Assembly (NCBI GenBank): GCA_964035545.1 | Contig: CAXIUT010000183.1 | Location: forward strand, 248,001 to 312,000 | Direction of reading: 5' to 3' | Length of the DNA stretch: 64,000 bases | Origin: Bugula neritina | Taxonomy: Eukaryota; Animalia; Bryozoa | In this document: positions 44,901 to 62,400 of the stretch, piece after piece | Layout of the letters: every line of letters starts with the position of its first letter | Numbering within the stretch: the stretch's first letter is position 1 | Translations under genes and position numbers: made by a program | The notes under the pieces: generated by a model | The model's database searches: none | Told to the model about the DNA's origin: nothing | Seen by the model: the letters and a program-made list of their open reading frames with translations, nothing else

Positions 44901-47409
44901 TGCAACAAATTGAAATATACTGCAACATACCTAAATATACGGTAATATACTGAAATATACTGTAACACATTGAAAAATACTGCAAGATACTGAAATATAC
45001 TGTGACACATTGCAATATACTGTAACATACTGAAATATGCTCAAGCACACTGAAATACACTGCACCTCACTGAAACATACTGCAACATACTGAAATACAC
45101 TGCAACATCCTACAACATACTGAAATACACTGCAACATATTGAAAGACACTGCAAGACAATGAAATATACTGCAACATACTGAAATATACTGTAACACAC
45201 TGAAATATACTGCAACATACTGAAATACACTGCTACATACTGAAATATACTGCAACATACTGCAACATACTGAAATACACTGTAACATACTGAAATACAC
45301 TGCAACAAACTACAACATATTGAAATACACTGCAACACATTGAAATATACTGCAACATACCTAAATATATGGTAATATAGCGGAAAAAAACTGCAACAGA
45401 TTGACAAATTCTGCAACATACTGAAATATACTGCGACACATTGCAATATACTGTAACATACTGAAATATGCTCTAGCACACTGAAATACACTGCAACCCA
45501 CTGAAATATACTGCAACATACGGAAATACACTGCAACACATTGAAATATACTGCAACCTACAGAAATAGGTGGTAAACTACTGAAATATACTGTAACACA
45601 TTGAAAAATACTGCAACATACTGAAATATACTGCGACACATTGTAATATACTGTAACATACTGAAACATACTGTAGCACACTGAAATAGACTGCAGCTCA
45701 CTGAAATATACTGCATTATACTGAAATTCACTGCAGCATCCTACAACATGCTGAAATACACTGTAACATATTGAAATACACTGCAACAAACTACAACATA
45801 TTGAAATACACTGCAACGCATTGAAAGACACTGCAACACATTGAAATATACTGCAATATACCAATGTATATGGTAAACTGCTGAAATATACTTTAACAAA
45901 TTGAAAAATACTGCAACATACTGAAATATACTGTAACACACTGAAATATACTGCAACATACTGAAATACACTGCTAGATACTGAAATATACTGCAACATA
46001 CTGCAACAATCTGAAATACACTGTAACATACTGAAATACACTGCAACAAACGACAACATATTGAAATACACTGCAACACATTGAAATATACTGCAACATA
46101 CCCAAATATACGGTGATATACCGAAAAAAAAACTGTAACAGATTGAAAAATTCTGCAACATACTGAAATAAACTGCAACACACTGAAATACACCGCAAAA
46201 TACTACAACATACTGAAATACACTGTAACATATTGAAATACACTGCAACACTTTGAAATTTACTGCAACATACCGAAGTATATGTTAAACTACTAAAATA
46301 TACTGTAACACTTTGAAAAACAGTGCAATATACTGAAATATACTGCGACACTTTGCAATGTACTGTAACATACTGAAATATGCTGTAGCACACTGAAATA
46401 CACTGCAACTCACTGAAATATACTGCAACATATTGAAATACACTGCAACATCCTACAACATGCTAAAATACACTGTAACATATTGAAATACAGTACAACA
46501 CATTGAAATATACTGCAACATCCCGGAATATATGGTAAAGTACTGAAATATACTGTAACACACTGAAAAATACTGCAACATACTGAAATAAACTGCGACA
46601 CATTGCAATATACTGCAACATACCAAAATATATGGTAAACTACTGAAATATACTTTACCACATTGAAAAATACTGCAACATACTGAAATATACTGTAACA
46701 CACTGAAATATACTGCAACATACTGAAATACACTGTAACATACTGAAATAAACTGCAACATACCAAAATATATGGTAAACTACTGAAATATACTTTAACA
46801 CATTGAAAAATCCTGCAACATACTAAAATATACTGTAACACACTGCAAGATACTGCAACATACCGAAATACACTGTAACATAGTGAAACACACTGCAACA
46901 TACTGGATTATACTGACATACACTGGAACATATTGAAATGCACTGCAACATCCTACAACATGCTGAAATACGCTGTAACATATTGAAATACACTGCAACA
47001 CATTGAAAAATACTGCAACATACCGAAATATATGGTAAACTATTGAATTATACTGTAACACATTGAAAAATACTGAAACACACTGAAATATACTCTGACA
47101 CAGTGCAAAATACTGTAACATACTGAAATATGCTGTAGCACACTGAAATACACTGCAACTCACTGAAATATACTGCAACATACCGGAATATATGGTAAAG
47201 TACTGAAATATACTGTAACACACTGAAAAATACTGCAACATACTGAAATATACTGCGACACATTGCAATATACTGCAACATACCAAAATATATGGTAAAC
47301 TACTGAAATATACTTTAACACATTGAAAAATACTGCAACATACTGAAATATACTGTAACACACTGAAATATACTGCAACATACTGAAATACACTGTAACA
47401 TACTGAAAT

Positions 47410-50400
47410 AAACTGCAACATACCAAAATATATGGTAAACTACTGAAATATACTTTAACACATTGAAAAATCCTGCAACATACTAAAATATACTGTAACA
47501 CACTGCAAGATACTGCAACATACCGAAATACACTGTAACATAGTGAAACACACTGCAACATACTGCATTATACTGACATACACTGGAACATATTGAAATA
47601 CACTGCAACATCCTACAACATGCTGAAATACGCTGTAACATATTGAAATACACTGCAACACATTGAAAAATACTGCAACATACCGAAATATATGGTAAAC
47701 TATTGAATTATACTGTAACACATTGAAAAATACTGAAACACACTGAAATATACTCTGACACAATGCAAAATACTGTAACATACTGAAATATGCTGTAGCA
47801 CACTGAAATACACTGCAACTCACTGAAATATACTGCAACATACTGAAAAACACTGTAACATATTGAGACATACTGCAACATACTGCAACATACTGAAATA
47901 CACTGTAACATACTGAAATACATTGCAAAATACTGCAACATATTGAAATACACTGCAACACATTGAAATATACTGCAACATACCTAAATATCCGGTAATA
48001 TACTGAAATATACTGTAACACATTGAAAAATACTGCAACATACTGAAATACACTGCAACCCACTGAAATACATCGCAAAAGACTACAACATACTGAAATA
48101 CACTGTAACATATTGAAATACACTGCAACACATTGAAATATACTGCAACCTATAGAAATATATGGTAAACTACTGAAATATACTGTAACACATTGAAAAA
48201 TACTGCAACATACTGAAATACACTGTAACACACTGAAATATACTGCAACATACTGAAATACACTGTAACATACTGAAATAAACTGCAACATACTGAAGTA
48301 CACTGCAACATCCTACAACATACTGAAATACAATGTAACATATTGAAACACACTGCAACACATTGAAATATACTGCAATGTACCGAATTATATGGTGGAC
48401 TACTGAAATATACTGTAACACATTGAAAAATACTGCAAGATACTGAAATATACTGCGACACATTGCAATATACTGTAACATACTGAAATATGCTACAGCA
48501 CACTGAAATACACTGCAACTCACTGAAATATACTGCAACATATTGAAATACACTGCAACATTCTACAAGATGCTGAAACACACTGTAACGTATTGAAATA
48601 CACTGCAACACATTGAAATATACAGCAACATACCGAAATATATGGTAAACTACTGAAATATACTGTAACACATTGAGAAATACTGCAACATACTGAAACA
48701 TACTGCGACACATTGCAATATACTCTAACATACTGAAACATGCTGTAGCACACTGAAATAGACTGCAGCTCACTGAAATATACTGCAACATACTGAAATT
48801 CACTGCAGCATCCTACAACATGCTGAAATACACTGTAACATATTGAAATACACTGCAACACATTGAAATATACTGCAACATACCGCAATATATGGTAAAC
48901 TACTGAAATATACTGTAACACATTGAAAAATACTGCATCATACTGAAATATACTGCGACATAATGCAATATTCTGTAACATACTGAGATATGCTGTAGCA
49001 CACTGAAATACACTACAACTCACTGAAACATACTGCAACATACTGAAATACACTGTAACATCCTACAACATACTGAAATACACAGTAACATATTGAAATA
49101 CACTGCAACACATTGAAATATACTGCAACATACCTAAATATACGGTAATATACTGAAATATACTGTAACACATTGAAAAATACTGCAAGATACTGAAATA
49201 TACTGTGACACATTGCAATATACTGTAACATACTGAAATATGCTCAAGCACACTGAAATACACTGCACCTCACTGAAACATACTGCAACATACTGAAATA
49301 CACTGCAACATCCTACAACATACTGAAATACACTGCAACATATTGAAAGACACTGCAAGACAATGAAATATACTGCAACATACTGAAATATACTGTAACA
49401 CACTGAAATATACTGCAACATACTGAAATACACTGCTACATACTGAAATATACTGCAACATACTGCAACATACTGAAATACACTGTAACATACTGAAATA
49501 CACTGCAACAAACTACAACATATTGAAATACACTGCAACACATTGAAATATACTGCAACATACCTAAATATATGGTAATATAGCGGAAAAAAACTGCAAC
49601 AGATTGACAAATTCTGCAACATACTGAAATATACTGCGACACATTGCAATATACTGTAACATACTGAAATATGCTCTAGCACACTGAAATACACTGCAAC
49701 CCACTGAAATATACTGCAACATACGGAAATACACTGCAACACATTGAAATACACTGCAACATACCAAAATAAATGGTAAACTACTGAAATATACTTTAAC
49801 ACATTGAAAAATACTGCAACATACTGAAATATACTGTAACACACTGAAATATACTGCAACATACTGAAATACACTGTAACATATTGAAATACACTGCAAC
49901 AAACTACAACATATTGAAATACACTGCAACGCATTGAAAGACACTGCAACACATTGAAATATACTGCAATATACCAATATATATGGTAAACTGCTGAAAT
50001 ATACTTTAACACATTGAAAAATACTGCAACATACTGAAATATACTGTAACACACTGAAATATACTGCAACATACTGAAATACACTGCTAGATACTGAAAT
50101 ATACTGCAACATACTGCAACAATCTGAAATACACTGTAACATACTGAAATACACTGCAACAAACTACAACATATTGAAATACACTGCAACACATTGAAAT
50201 ATACTGCAACATACCTAAATATACTGTAATATACCGAGAAAAAAACCTGTAACAGATTGAAAAATTCTGCAACATACTGAAATAAACTGCAACACACTGA
50301 AATACACCGCAAAATACTACAACATACTGAAATACACTGTAACATATTGAAATACACTGCAACACTTTGAAATATACTGCAACATACCGAAATATATGTT

Positions 50401-53400
50401 AAACTACTAAAATATACTGTAACACTTTGAAAAACAGTGCAACTTACTGAAATATACTGCGACACTTTGCAATGTATTGTAACATGCTGAAATATGCTGT
50501 AGCACACTGAAATATACTGCAACATACTGAAATACACTGTAACATACTGAAACACACTGCAACATACCAAAATATATGGTAAACTACTGAAATATACTTT
50601 AACACATTGAAAAATAATGCAACATACTGAAATATACTGTAACACACTGAAATATACTGCAACATACTGAAATACACTGTAACATACTGAAACACACTGC
50701 AACATACCAAAATATATGGTAAACTACTGAAATATACTTTAACACATTGAAAAATCCTGCAACATACTAAAATATACTGTAACACACTGCAAAATACTGC
50801 AACATACCGAAATACACTGTAACATAGTGAAACACACTGCAACATACTGCATTATACTGACATACACTGGAACATATTGAAATACACTGCAACATCCTAC
50901 AACATGCTGAAATACGCTGTAACATATTGAAATACACTGCAACACATTGAAAAATACTGCAACATACCGAAATATATGGTAAACTATTGAATTATACTGT
51001 AACACATTGAAAAATACTGAAACACACTGAAATATACTCTGACACAATGCAAAATATTGTAACATACTGAAATATGCTGTAGCACACTGAAATACACTGC
51101 AACTCACTGAAATATACTGCAACATACCGAAAAACACTGTAACATATTGAGACATACTGCAACATACTGCAACATACTGAAATACACTGTAACATACTGA
51201 AATACATTGCAAAATACTGCAACATATTGAAATACACTGCAACACATTGAAATATACTGCAACATACCTAAATATCCGGTAATATACTGAAATATACTGT
51301 AACACATTGAAAAATACTGCAACATACTGAAATACACTGCAACCCACTGAAATACATCGCAAAAGACTACAACGTACTGAAATACACTGTAACATATTGA
51401 AATACACTGCAACACATTGAAATATACTGCAACCTATAGAAATATATGGTAAACTACTGAAATATACTGTAACACATTGAAAAATACTGCAACATACTGA
51501 AATATACTGTAACACACTGAAATATACTGCAACATACTGAAATACACTGTAACATACTGAAATAAACTGCAACATACTGAAGTACACTGCAACATCCTAC
51601 AACATACTGAAATACAATGTAACATAATGAAACACACTGCAACACATTGAAATATACTGCAATGTACCGAATTATATGGTGGACTACTGAAATATACTGT
51701 AACACATTGAAAAATACTGCAAGATACTGAAATATACTGCGACACATTGCAATATACTGTAACATACTGAAATATGCTACAGCACACTGAAATACACTGC
51801 AACTCACTGAAATATACTGCAACATATTGAAATACACTGCAACATTCTACAAGATGCTGAAACACACTGTAACGTATTGAAATACACTGCAACACATTGA
51901 AATATACAGCAACATACCGAAATATATGGTAAACTACTGAAATAGACTGTAACACATTGCAAAAGACTGCAACATACTGAAACATACTGCGACACATTGC
52001 AATATACTGTAACATACTGAAATATGCTCTAGCACACTGAAATACACTGCAACTCACTGAAATATACTGCAACATACTGAAATACACTGCAACACATTGA
52101 AATATACTGCAACCTACAGAAATAGGTGGTAAACTACTGAAATATACTGTAACACATTGAAAAATACTGCAACATACTGAAATATACTGCGACACATTGT
52201 AATATACTGTAACATACTGAAACATACTGCAGCACACTGAAATAGACTGCAGCTCACTGAAATATACTGCATTATACTGAAATTCACTGCAGCATCCTAC
52301 AACATGCTGAAACACACTGTAACATATTGAAATACACTGCAACAAACTACAACATATTGAAATACACTGCAACGCATTGAAAGACACTGCAACACATTGA
52401 AATATACTGCAATATACCAATATATATGGTAAACTGCTGAAATATACTTTAACACATTGAAAAATACTGCAACATACTGAAATATACTGTAACACACTGA
52501 AATATACTGCAACGTACTGAAATACACTGCTAGATACTGAAATATACTGCAACATACTACAACAATCTGAAATACACTGTAACATACTGAAATACACTGC
52601 AACAAACTACAACATATTGAAATACACTGCAACACATTGAAATATACTGCAACATACCTAAATATACGGTAATATACCGAAAAAAAAACTGTGACAGATT
52701 GAAAAATTCCGCAACATACTGAAATAAACTGCAACACACTGAAATACACCGCAAAATACTACAACATACTGAAATACACTGTAACATATTGAAATACAGT
52801 ACAACACATTGAAATATACTGCAACATACCGGAATATATGGTAAAGTACTGAAATATACTGTAACACACTGAAAAATACTGCAACATACTGAAATATACT
52901 GCGACACATTGCAATATACTGCAACATACCAAAATATATGGTAAACTATTGAAATACACTGCAACACATTGAAATATACTGCAACATACCTAAATATCCG
53001 GTAATATACTGAAATATACTGTAACACATTGCAAAAGACTGCAACATACTGAAATATACTGCGACACATTGCAATATACTGTAACATACTGAAATATGCT
53101 CTAGCACACTGAAATACACTGCAACTCACTGAAATATACTGCAACATACTGAAATACACTGCAACACATTGAAATATACTGCAACCTACAGAAATAGGTG
53201 GTAAACTACTGAAATATACTGTAACACATTGAAAAATACTGCAACATACTGAAATATACTGCGACACATTGTAATATACTGTAACATACTGAAACATACT
53301 GCAGCACACTGAAATAGACTGCAGCTCACTGAAATATACTGCATTATACTGAAATTCACTGCAGCATCCTACAACATGCTGAAATACACTGTAACATATT

Positions 53401-56400
53401 GAAATACACTGCAACAAACTACAACATATTGAAATACACTGCAACGCATTGAAAGACACTGCAACACATTGAAATATACTGCAATATACCAATATATATG
53501 GTAAACTGCTGAAATATACTTTAACACATTGAAAAATACTGCAACATACTGAAATATACTGTAACACACTGAAATATACTGCAACGTACTGAAATACACT
53601 GCTAGATACTGAAATATACTGCAACATACTACAACAATCTGAAATACACTGTAACATACTGAAATACACTGCAACAAACTACAACATATTGAAATACACT
53701 GCAACACATTGAAATATACTGCAACATACCTAAATATACGGTAATATACCGAAAAAAAAACTGTGACAGATTGAAAAATTCCGCAACATACTGAAATAAA
53801 CTGCAACACACTGAAATACACCGCAAAATACTACAACATACTGAAATACACTGTAACATATTGAAATACACTGCAACACTTTGAAATATACTGCAACATA
53901 CCGAAATATATGGTAAACTACTAAAATATACTGTAACACTTTGAAAAACAGTGCAACATACTGAAATATACTGCGACACTTTGCAATGTACTGTAACATA
54001 CTGAAATATGCTGTAGCACACTGAAATACACTGCAACTCACTGAAATATACTGCAACATATTGAAATACACTGCAACATCCTACAACATGCTAAAATACA
54101 CTGTAACATATTGAAATACAGTACAACACATTGAAATATACTGCAACATACCGGAATATATGGTAAAGTACTGAAATATACTGTAACACACTGAAAAATA
54201 CTGCAACATACTGAAATATACTGCGACACATTGCAATATACTGCAACATACCAAAATATATGGTAAACTATTGAAATACACTGCAACACATTGAAATATA
54301 CTGCAACATACCTAAATATCCGGTAATATACTGAAATATACTGTAACACATTGAAAAATACTGCAACATACTGAAATACACTGCAACCCACTGAAATACA
54401 TCGCAAAAAACTACAACATACTGAAATATACTGTAACACACTGAAATATACTGCAACATACTGAAATACACTGAAACATACTGAAATAAACTGCAACATA
54501 CCAAAATATATGGTAAACTACTGAAATATACTGTAACACACTGAAAAATACTGCAACATACTGAAATATACTGCGACACATTGCAATATACTGCAACATA
54601 CCAAAATATATGGTAAACTACTGAAATATACTTTAACACATTGAAAATTACTGCAACATACTGAAATATACTGTAACACACTGAAATATACTGCAACAAA
54701 CTGAAATACACTGTAACATATTGAAATAAACTGCAACATACCAAAATATATGGTAAACTACTGAAATATACTTTAACACATTGAAAAATACTGCAACATA
54801 CTAAAATATACCGTAACACACTGCAAGATACTGCAACATACCGAAATACACTGTAACATACTGAAACACACTGCAACATACTGCATTATACTGACATACA
54901 CTGGAACATATTGAAATACACTGCAACACAATGAAATATACTGCAACATACCAAAATATATGGTAAACTACTGAAATATACTTTAACACATTGAAAAATA
55001 CTGCAACATACTGAAATATACTGTAACACACTGAAATATACTGCAACATATTGAAATACACTGCAACACATTGAAATATACTGCAACATACCCAAATATA
55101 CGGTAATATACCGAAAAAAAAACTGTAACAGATTGAAAAATTCTGCAACATACTGAAATAAACTGCAACACACTGAAATACACCGCAAAATACTACAACA
55201 TACTGAAATACACTGTAACATATTGAAATACACTGCAACACTTTGAAATTTACTGCAACATACCGAAGTATATGTTAAACTACTAAAATATACTGTAACA
55301 CTTTGAAAAACAGTGCAATATACTGAAATATACTGCGACACTTTGCAATGTACTGTAACATACTGAAATATGCTGTAGCACACTGAAATACACTGCAACT
55401 CACTGAAATATACTGCAACATATTGAAATACACTGCAACATCCTACAACATGCTAAAATACACTGTAACATATTGAAATACAGTACAACACATTGAAATA
55501 TACTGCAACATCCCGGAATATATGGTAAAGTACTGAAATATACTGTAACACACTGAAAAATACTGCAACATACTGAAATAAACTGCGACACATTGCAATA
55601 TACTGCAACATACCAAAATATATGGTAAACTACTGAAATATACTTTACCACATTGAAAAATACTGCAACATACTGAAATATACTGTAACACACTGAAATA
55701 TACTGCAACATACTGAAATACACTGTAACATACTGAAATAAACTACAACATACCAAAATATATGGTAAACTACTGAAATATACTTTAACACATTGAAAAA
55801 TAATGCAACATACTGAAATATACTGTAACACACTGAAATATACTGCAACATACTGAAATACACTGTAACATACTGAAACACACTGCAACATACCAAAATA
55901 TATGGTAAACTACTGAAATATACTTTAACACATTGAAAAATCCTGCAACATACTAAAATATACTGTAACACACTGCAAGATACTGCAACATACCGAAATA
56001 CACTGTAACATAGTGAAACACACTGCAACATACTGCATTATACTGACATACACTGGAACATATTGAAATACACTGCAACATCCTACAACATGCTGAAATA
56101 CGCTGTAACATATTGAAATACACTGCAACACATTGAAAAATACTGCAACATACCGAAATATATGGTAAACTATTGAATTATACTGTAACACATTGAAAAA
56201 TACTGAAACACACTGAAATATACTCTGACACAATGCAAAATACTGTAACATACTGAAATATGCTGTAGCACACTGAAATACACTGCAACTCACTGAAATA
56301 TACTGCAACATACTGAAAAACACTGTAACATATTGAGACATACTGCAACATACTGCAACATACTGAAATACACTGTAACATACTGAAATACATTGCAAAA

Positions 56401-59400
56401 TACTGCAACATATTGAAATACACTGCAACACATTGAAATATACTGCAACATACCTAAATATCCGGTAATATACTGAAATATACTGTAACACATTGAAAAA
56501 TACTGCAACATACTGAAATACACTGCAACCCACTGAAATACATCGCAAAAGACTACAACATACTGAAATACACTGTAACATATTGAAATACACTGCAACA
56601 CATTGAAATATACTGCAACCTATAGAAATATATGGTAAACTACTGAAATATACTGTAACACATTGAAAAATACTGCAACATACTGAAATATACTGTAACA
56701 CACTGAAATATACTGCAACATACTGAAATACACTGTAACATACTGAAATAAACTGCAACATACTGAAGTACACTGCAACATCCTACAACATACTGAAATA
56801 CAATGTAACATATTGAAACACACTGCAACACATTGAAATATACTGCAATGTACCGAATTATATGGTGGACTACTGAAATATACTGTAACACATTGAAAAA
56901 TACTGCAAGATACTGAAATATACTGCGACACATTGCAATATACTGTAACATACTGAAATATGCTACAGCACACTGAAATACACTGCAACTCACTGAAATA
57001 TACTGCAACATATTGAAATACACTGCAACATTCTACAAGATGCTGAAACACACTGTAACGTATTGAAATACACTGCAACACATTGAAATATACAGCAACA
57101 TACCGAAATATATGGTAAACTACTGAAATATACTGTAACACATTGAGAAATACTGCAACATACTGAAACATACTGCGACACATTGCAATATACTCTAACA
57201 TACTGAAACATGCTGTAGCACACTGAAATAGACTGCAGCTCACTGAAATATACTGCAACATACTGAAATTCACTGCAGCATCCTACAACATGCTGAAATA
57301 CACTGTAACATATTGAAATACACTGCAACACATTGAAATATACTGCAACATACCGCAATATATGGTAAACTACTGAAATATACTGTAACACATTGAAAAA
57401 TACTGCATCATACTGAAATATACTGCGACATAATGCAATATTCTGTAACATACTGAGATATGCTGTAGCACACTGAAATACACTACAACTCACTGAAACA
57501 TACTGCAACATACTGAAATACACTGTAACATCCTACAACATACTGAAATACACAGTAACATATTGAAATACACTGCAACACATTGAAATATACTGCAACA
57601 TACCTAAATATACGGTAATATACTGAAATATACTGTAACACATTGAAAAATACTGCAAGATACTGAAATATACTGTGACACATTGCAATATACTGTAACA
57701 TACTGAAATATGCTCAAGCACACTGAAATACACTGCACCTCACTGAAACATACTGCAACATACTGAAATACACTGCAACATCCTACAACATACTGAAATA
57801 CACTGCAACATATTGAAAGACACTGCAAGACAATGAAATATACTGCAACATACTGAAATATACTGTAACACACTGAAATATACTGCAACATACTGAAATA
57901 CACTGCTACATACTGAAATATACTGCAACATACTGCAACATACTGAAATACACTGTAACATACTGAAATACACTGCAACAAACTACAACATATTGAAATA
58001 CACTGCAACACATTGAAATATACTGCAACATACCTAAATATATGGTAATATAGCGGAAAAAAACTGCAACAGATTGACAAATTCTGCAACATACTGAAAT
58101 ATACTGCGACACATTGCAATATACTGTAACATACTGAAATATGCTCTAGCACACTGAAATACACTGCAACCCACTGAAATATACTGCAACATACGGAAAT
58201 ACACTGCAACACATTGAAATACACTGCAACATACCAAAATAAATGGTAAACTACTGAAATATACTTTAACACATTGAAAAATACTGCAACATACTGAAAT
58301 ATACTGTAACACACTGAAATATACTGCAACATACTGAAATACACTGTAACATATTGAAATACACTGCAACAAACTACAACATATTGAAATACACTGCAAC
58401 GCATTGAAAGACACTGCAACACATTGAAATATACTGCAATATACCAATATATATGGTAAACTGCTGAAATATACATTAACACATTGAAAAATACTGCAAC
58501 ATACTGAAATATACTGTAACACACTGAAATATACTGCAACATACTGAAATACACTGCTAGATACTGAAATATACTGCAACATACTGCAACAATCTGAAAT
58601 ACACTGTAACATACTGAAATACACTGCAACAAACTACAACATATTGAAATACACTGCAACACATTGAAATATACTGCAACATACCTAAATATACTGTAAT
58701 ATACCGAGAAAAAAACCTGTAACAGATTGAAAAATTCTGCAACATACTGAAATAAACTGCAACACACTGAAATACACCGCAAAATACTACAACATACTGA
58801 AATACACTGTAACATATTGAAATACACTGCAACACTTTGAAATATACTGCAACATACCGAAATATATGTTAAACTACTAAAATATACTGTAACACTTTGA
58901 AAAACAGTGCAACTTACTGAAATATACTGCGACACTTTGCAATGTATTGTAACATGCTGAAATATGCTGTAGCACACTGAAATATACTGCAACATACTGA
59001 AATACACTGTAACATACTGAAACACACTGCAACATACCAAAACATATGGTAAACTACTGAAATATACTTTAACACATTGAAAAATAATGCAACATACTGA
59101 AATATACTGTAACACACTGAAATATACTGCAACATACTGAAATACACTGTAACATACTGAAACACACTGCAACATACCAAAATATATGGTAAACTACTGA
59201 AATATAATTTAACACATTGAAAAATCCTGCAACATACTAAAATATACTGTAACACACTGCAAAATACTGCAACATACCGAAATACACTGTAACATAGTGA
59301 AACACACTGCAACATACTGCATTATACTGACATACACTGGAACATATTGAAATACACTGCAACATCCTACAACATGCTGAAATACGCTGTAACATATTGA

Positions 59401-62400
59401 AATACACTGCAACACATTGAAAAATACTGCAACATACCGAAATATATGGTAAACTATTGAATTATACTGTAACACATTGAAAAATACTGAAACACACTGA
59501 AATATACTCTGACACAATGCAAAATACTGTAACATACTGAAATATGCTGTAGCACACTGAAATACACTGCAACTCACTGAAATATACTGCAACATACTGA
59601 AAAACACTGTAACATATTGAGACATACTGCAACATACTGCAACATACTGAAATACACTGTAACATACTGAAATACATTGCAAAATACTGCAACATATTGA
59701 AATACACTGCAACACATTGAAATATACTGCAACATACCTAAATATCCGGTAATATACTGAAATATACTGTAACACATTGAAAAATACTGCAACATACTGA
59801 AATACACTGCAACCCACTGAAATACATCGCAAAAGACTACAACGTACTGAAATACACTGTAACATATTGAAATACACTGCAACACATTGAAATATACTGC
59901 AACCTATAGAAATATATGGTAAACTACTGAAATATACTGTAACACATTGAAAAATACTGCAACATACTGAAATATACTGTAACACACTGAAATATACTGC
60001 AACATACTGAAATACACTGTAACATACTGAAATAAACTGCAACATACCAAAATATATGGTAAACTACTGAAATATACTTTAACACATTGAAAAATCCTGC
60101 AACATACTAAAATATACTGTAACACACTGCAAGATACTGCAACATACCGAAATACACTGTAACATAGTGAAACACACTGCAACATACTGCATTATACTGA
60201 CATACACTGGAACATATTGAAATACACTGCAACATCCTACAACATGCTGAAATACGCTGTAACATATTGAAATACACTGCAACACATTGAAAAATACTGC
60301 AACATACCGAAATATACTGTAATATACCGAGAAAAAAACCTGTAACAGATTGAAAAATTCTGCAACATACTGAAATAAACTGCAACACACTGAAATACAC
60401 CGCAAAATACTACAACATACTGAAATACACTGTAACATATTGAAATACACTGCAACACTTTGAAATATACTGCAACATACCGAAATATATGTTAAACTAC
60501 TAAAATATACTGTAACACTTTGAAAAACAGTGCAACTTACTGAAATATACTGCGACACTTTGCAATGTATTGTAACATGCTGAAATATGCTGTAGCACAC
60601 TGAAATATACTGCAACATACTGAAATACACTGTAACATACTGAAACACACTGCAACATACCAAAATATATGGTAAACTACTGAAATATACTTTAACACAT
60701 TGAAAAATAATGCAACATACTGAAATATACTGTAACACACTGAAATATACTGCAACATACTGAAATACACTGTAACATACTGAAACACACTGCAACATAC
60801 CAAAATATATGGTAAACTACTGAAATATAATTTAACACATTGAAAAATCCTGCAACATACTAAAATATACTGTAACACACTGCAAAATACTGCAACATAC
60901 CGAAATACACTGTAACATAGTGAAACACACTGCAACATACTGCATTATACTGACATACACTGGAACATATTGAAATACACTGCAACATCCTACAACATGC
61001 TGAAATACGCTGTAACATATTGAAATACACTGCAACACATTGAAAAATACTGCAACATACCGAAATATATGGTAAACTATTGAATTATACTGTAACACAT
61101 TGAAAAATACTGAAACACACTGAAATATACTCTGACACAATGCAAAATACTGTAACATACTGAAATATGCTGTAGCACACTGAAATACACTGCAACTCAC
61201 TGAAATATACTGCAACATACTGAAAAACACTGTAACATATTGAGACATACTGCAACATACTGCAACATACTGAAATACACTGTAACATACTGAAATACAT
61301 TGCAAAATACTGCAACATATTGAAATACACTGCAACACATTGAAATATACTGCAACATACCTAAATATCCGGTAATATACTGAAATATACTGTAACACAT
61401 TGAAAAATACTGCAACATACTGAAATACACTGCAACCCACTGAAATACATCGCAAAAGACTACAACGTACTGAAATACACTGTAACATATTGAAATACAC
61501 TGCAACACATTGAAATATACTGCAACCTATAGAAATATATGGTAAACTACTGAAATATACTGTAACACATTGAAAAATACTGCAACATACTGAAATATAC
61601 TGTAACACACTGAAATATACTGCAACATACTGAAATACACTGTAACATACTGAAATAAACTGCAACATACTGAAGTACACTGCAACATCCTACAACATAC
61701 TGAAATACAATGTAACATAATGAAACACACTGCAACACATTGAAATATACTGCAATGTACCGAATTATATGGTGGACTACTGAGATATACTGTAACACAT
61801 TGAAAAATACTGCAAGATACTGAAATATACTGCGACACATTGCAATATACTGTAACATACTGAAATATGCTACAGCACACTGAAATACACTGCAACTCAC
61901 TGAAATATACTGCAACATATTGAAATACACTGCAACATTCTACAAGATGCTGAAACACACTGTAACGTATTGAAATACACTGCAACACATTGAAATATAC
62001 AGCAACATACCGAAATATATGGTAAACTACTGAAATAGACTGTAACACATTGCAAAAGACTGCAACATACTGAAACATACTGCGACACATTGCAATATAC
62101 TGTAACATACTGAAATATGCTCTAGCACACTGAAATACACTGCAACTCACTGAAATATACTGCAACATACTGAAATACACTGCAACACATTGAAATATAC
62201 CGCAACCTACAGAAATAGGTGGTAAACTACTGAAATATACTGTAACACATTGAAAAATACTGCAACATACTGAAATATACTGCGACACATTGTAATATAC
62301 TGTAACATACTGAAACATACTGCAGCACACTGAAATAGACTGCAGCTCACTGAAATATACTGCATTATACTGAAATTCACTGCAGCATCCTACAACATGC

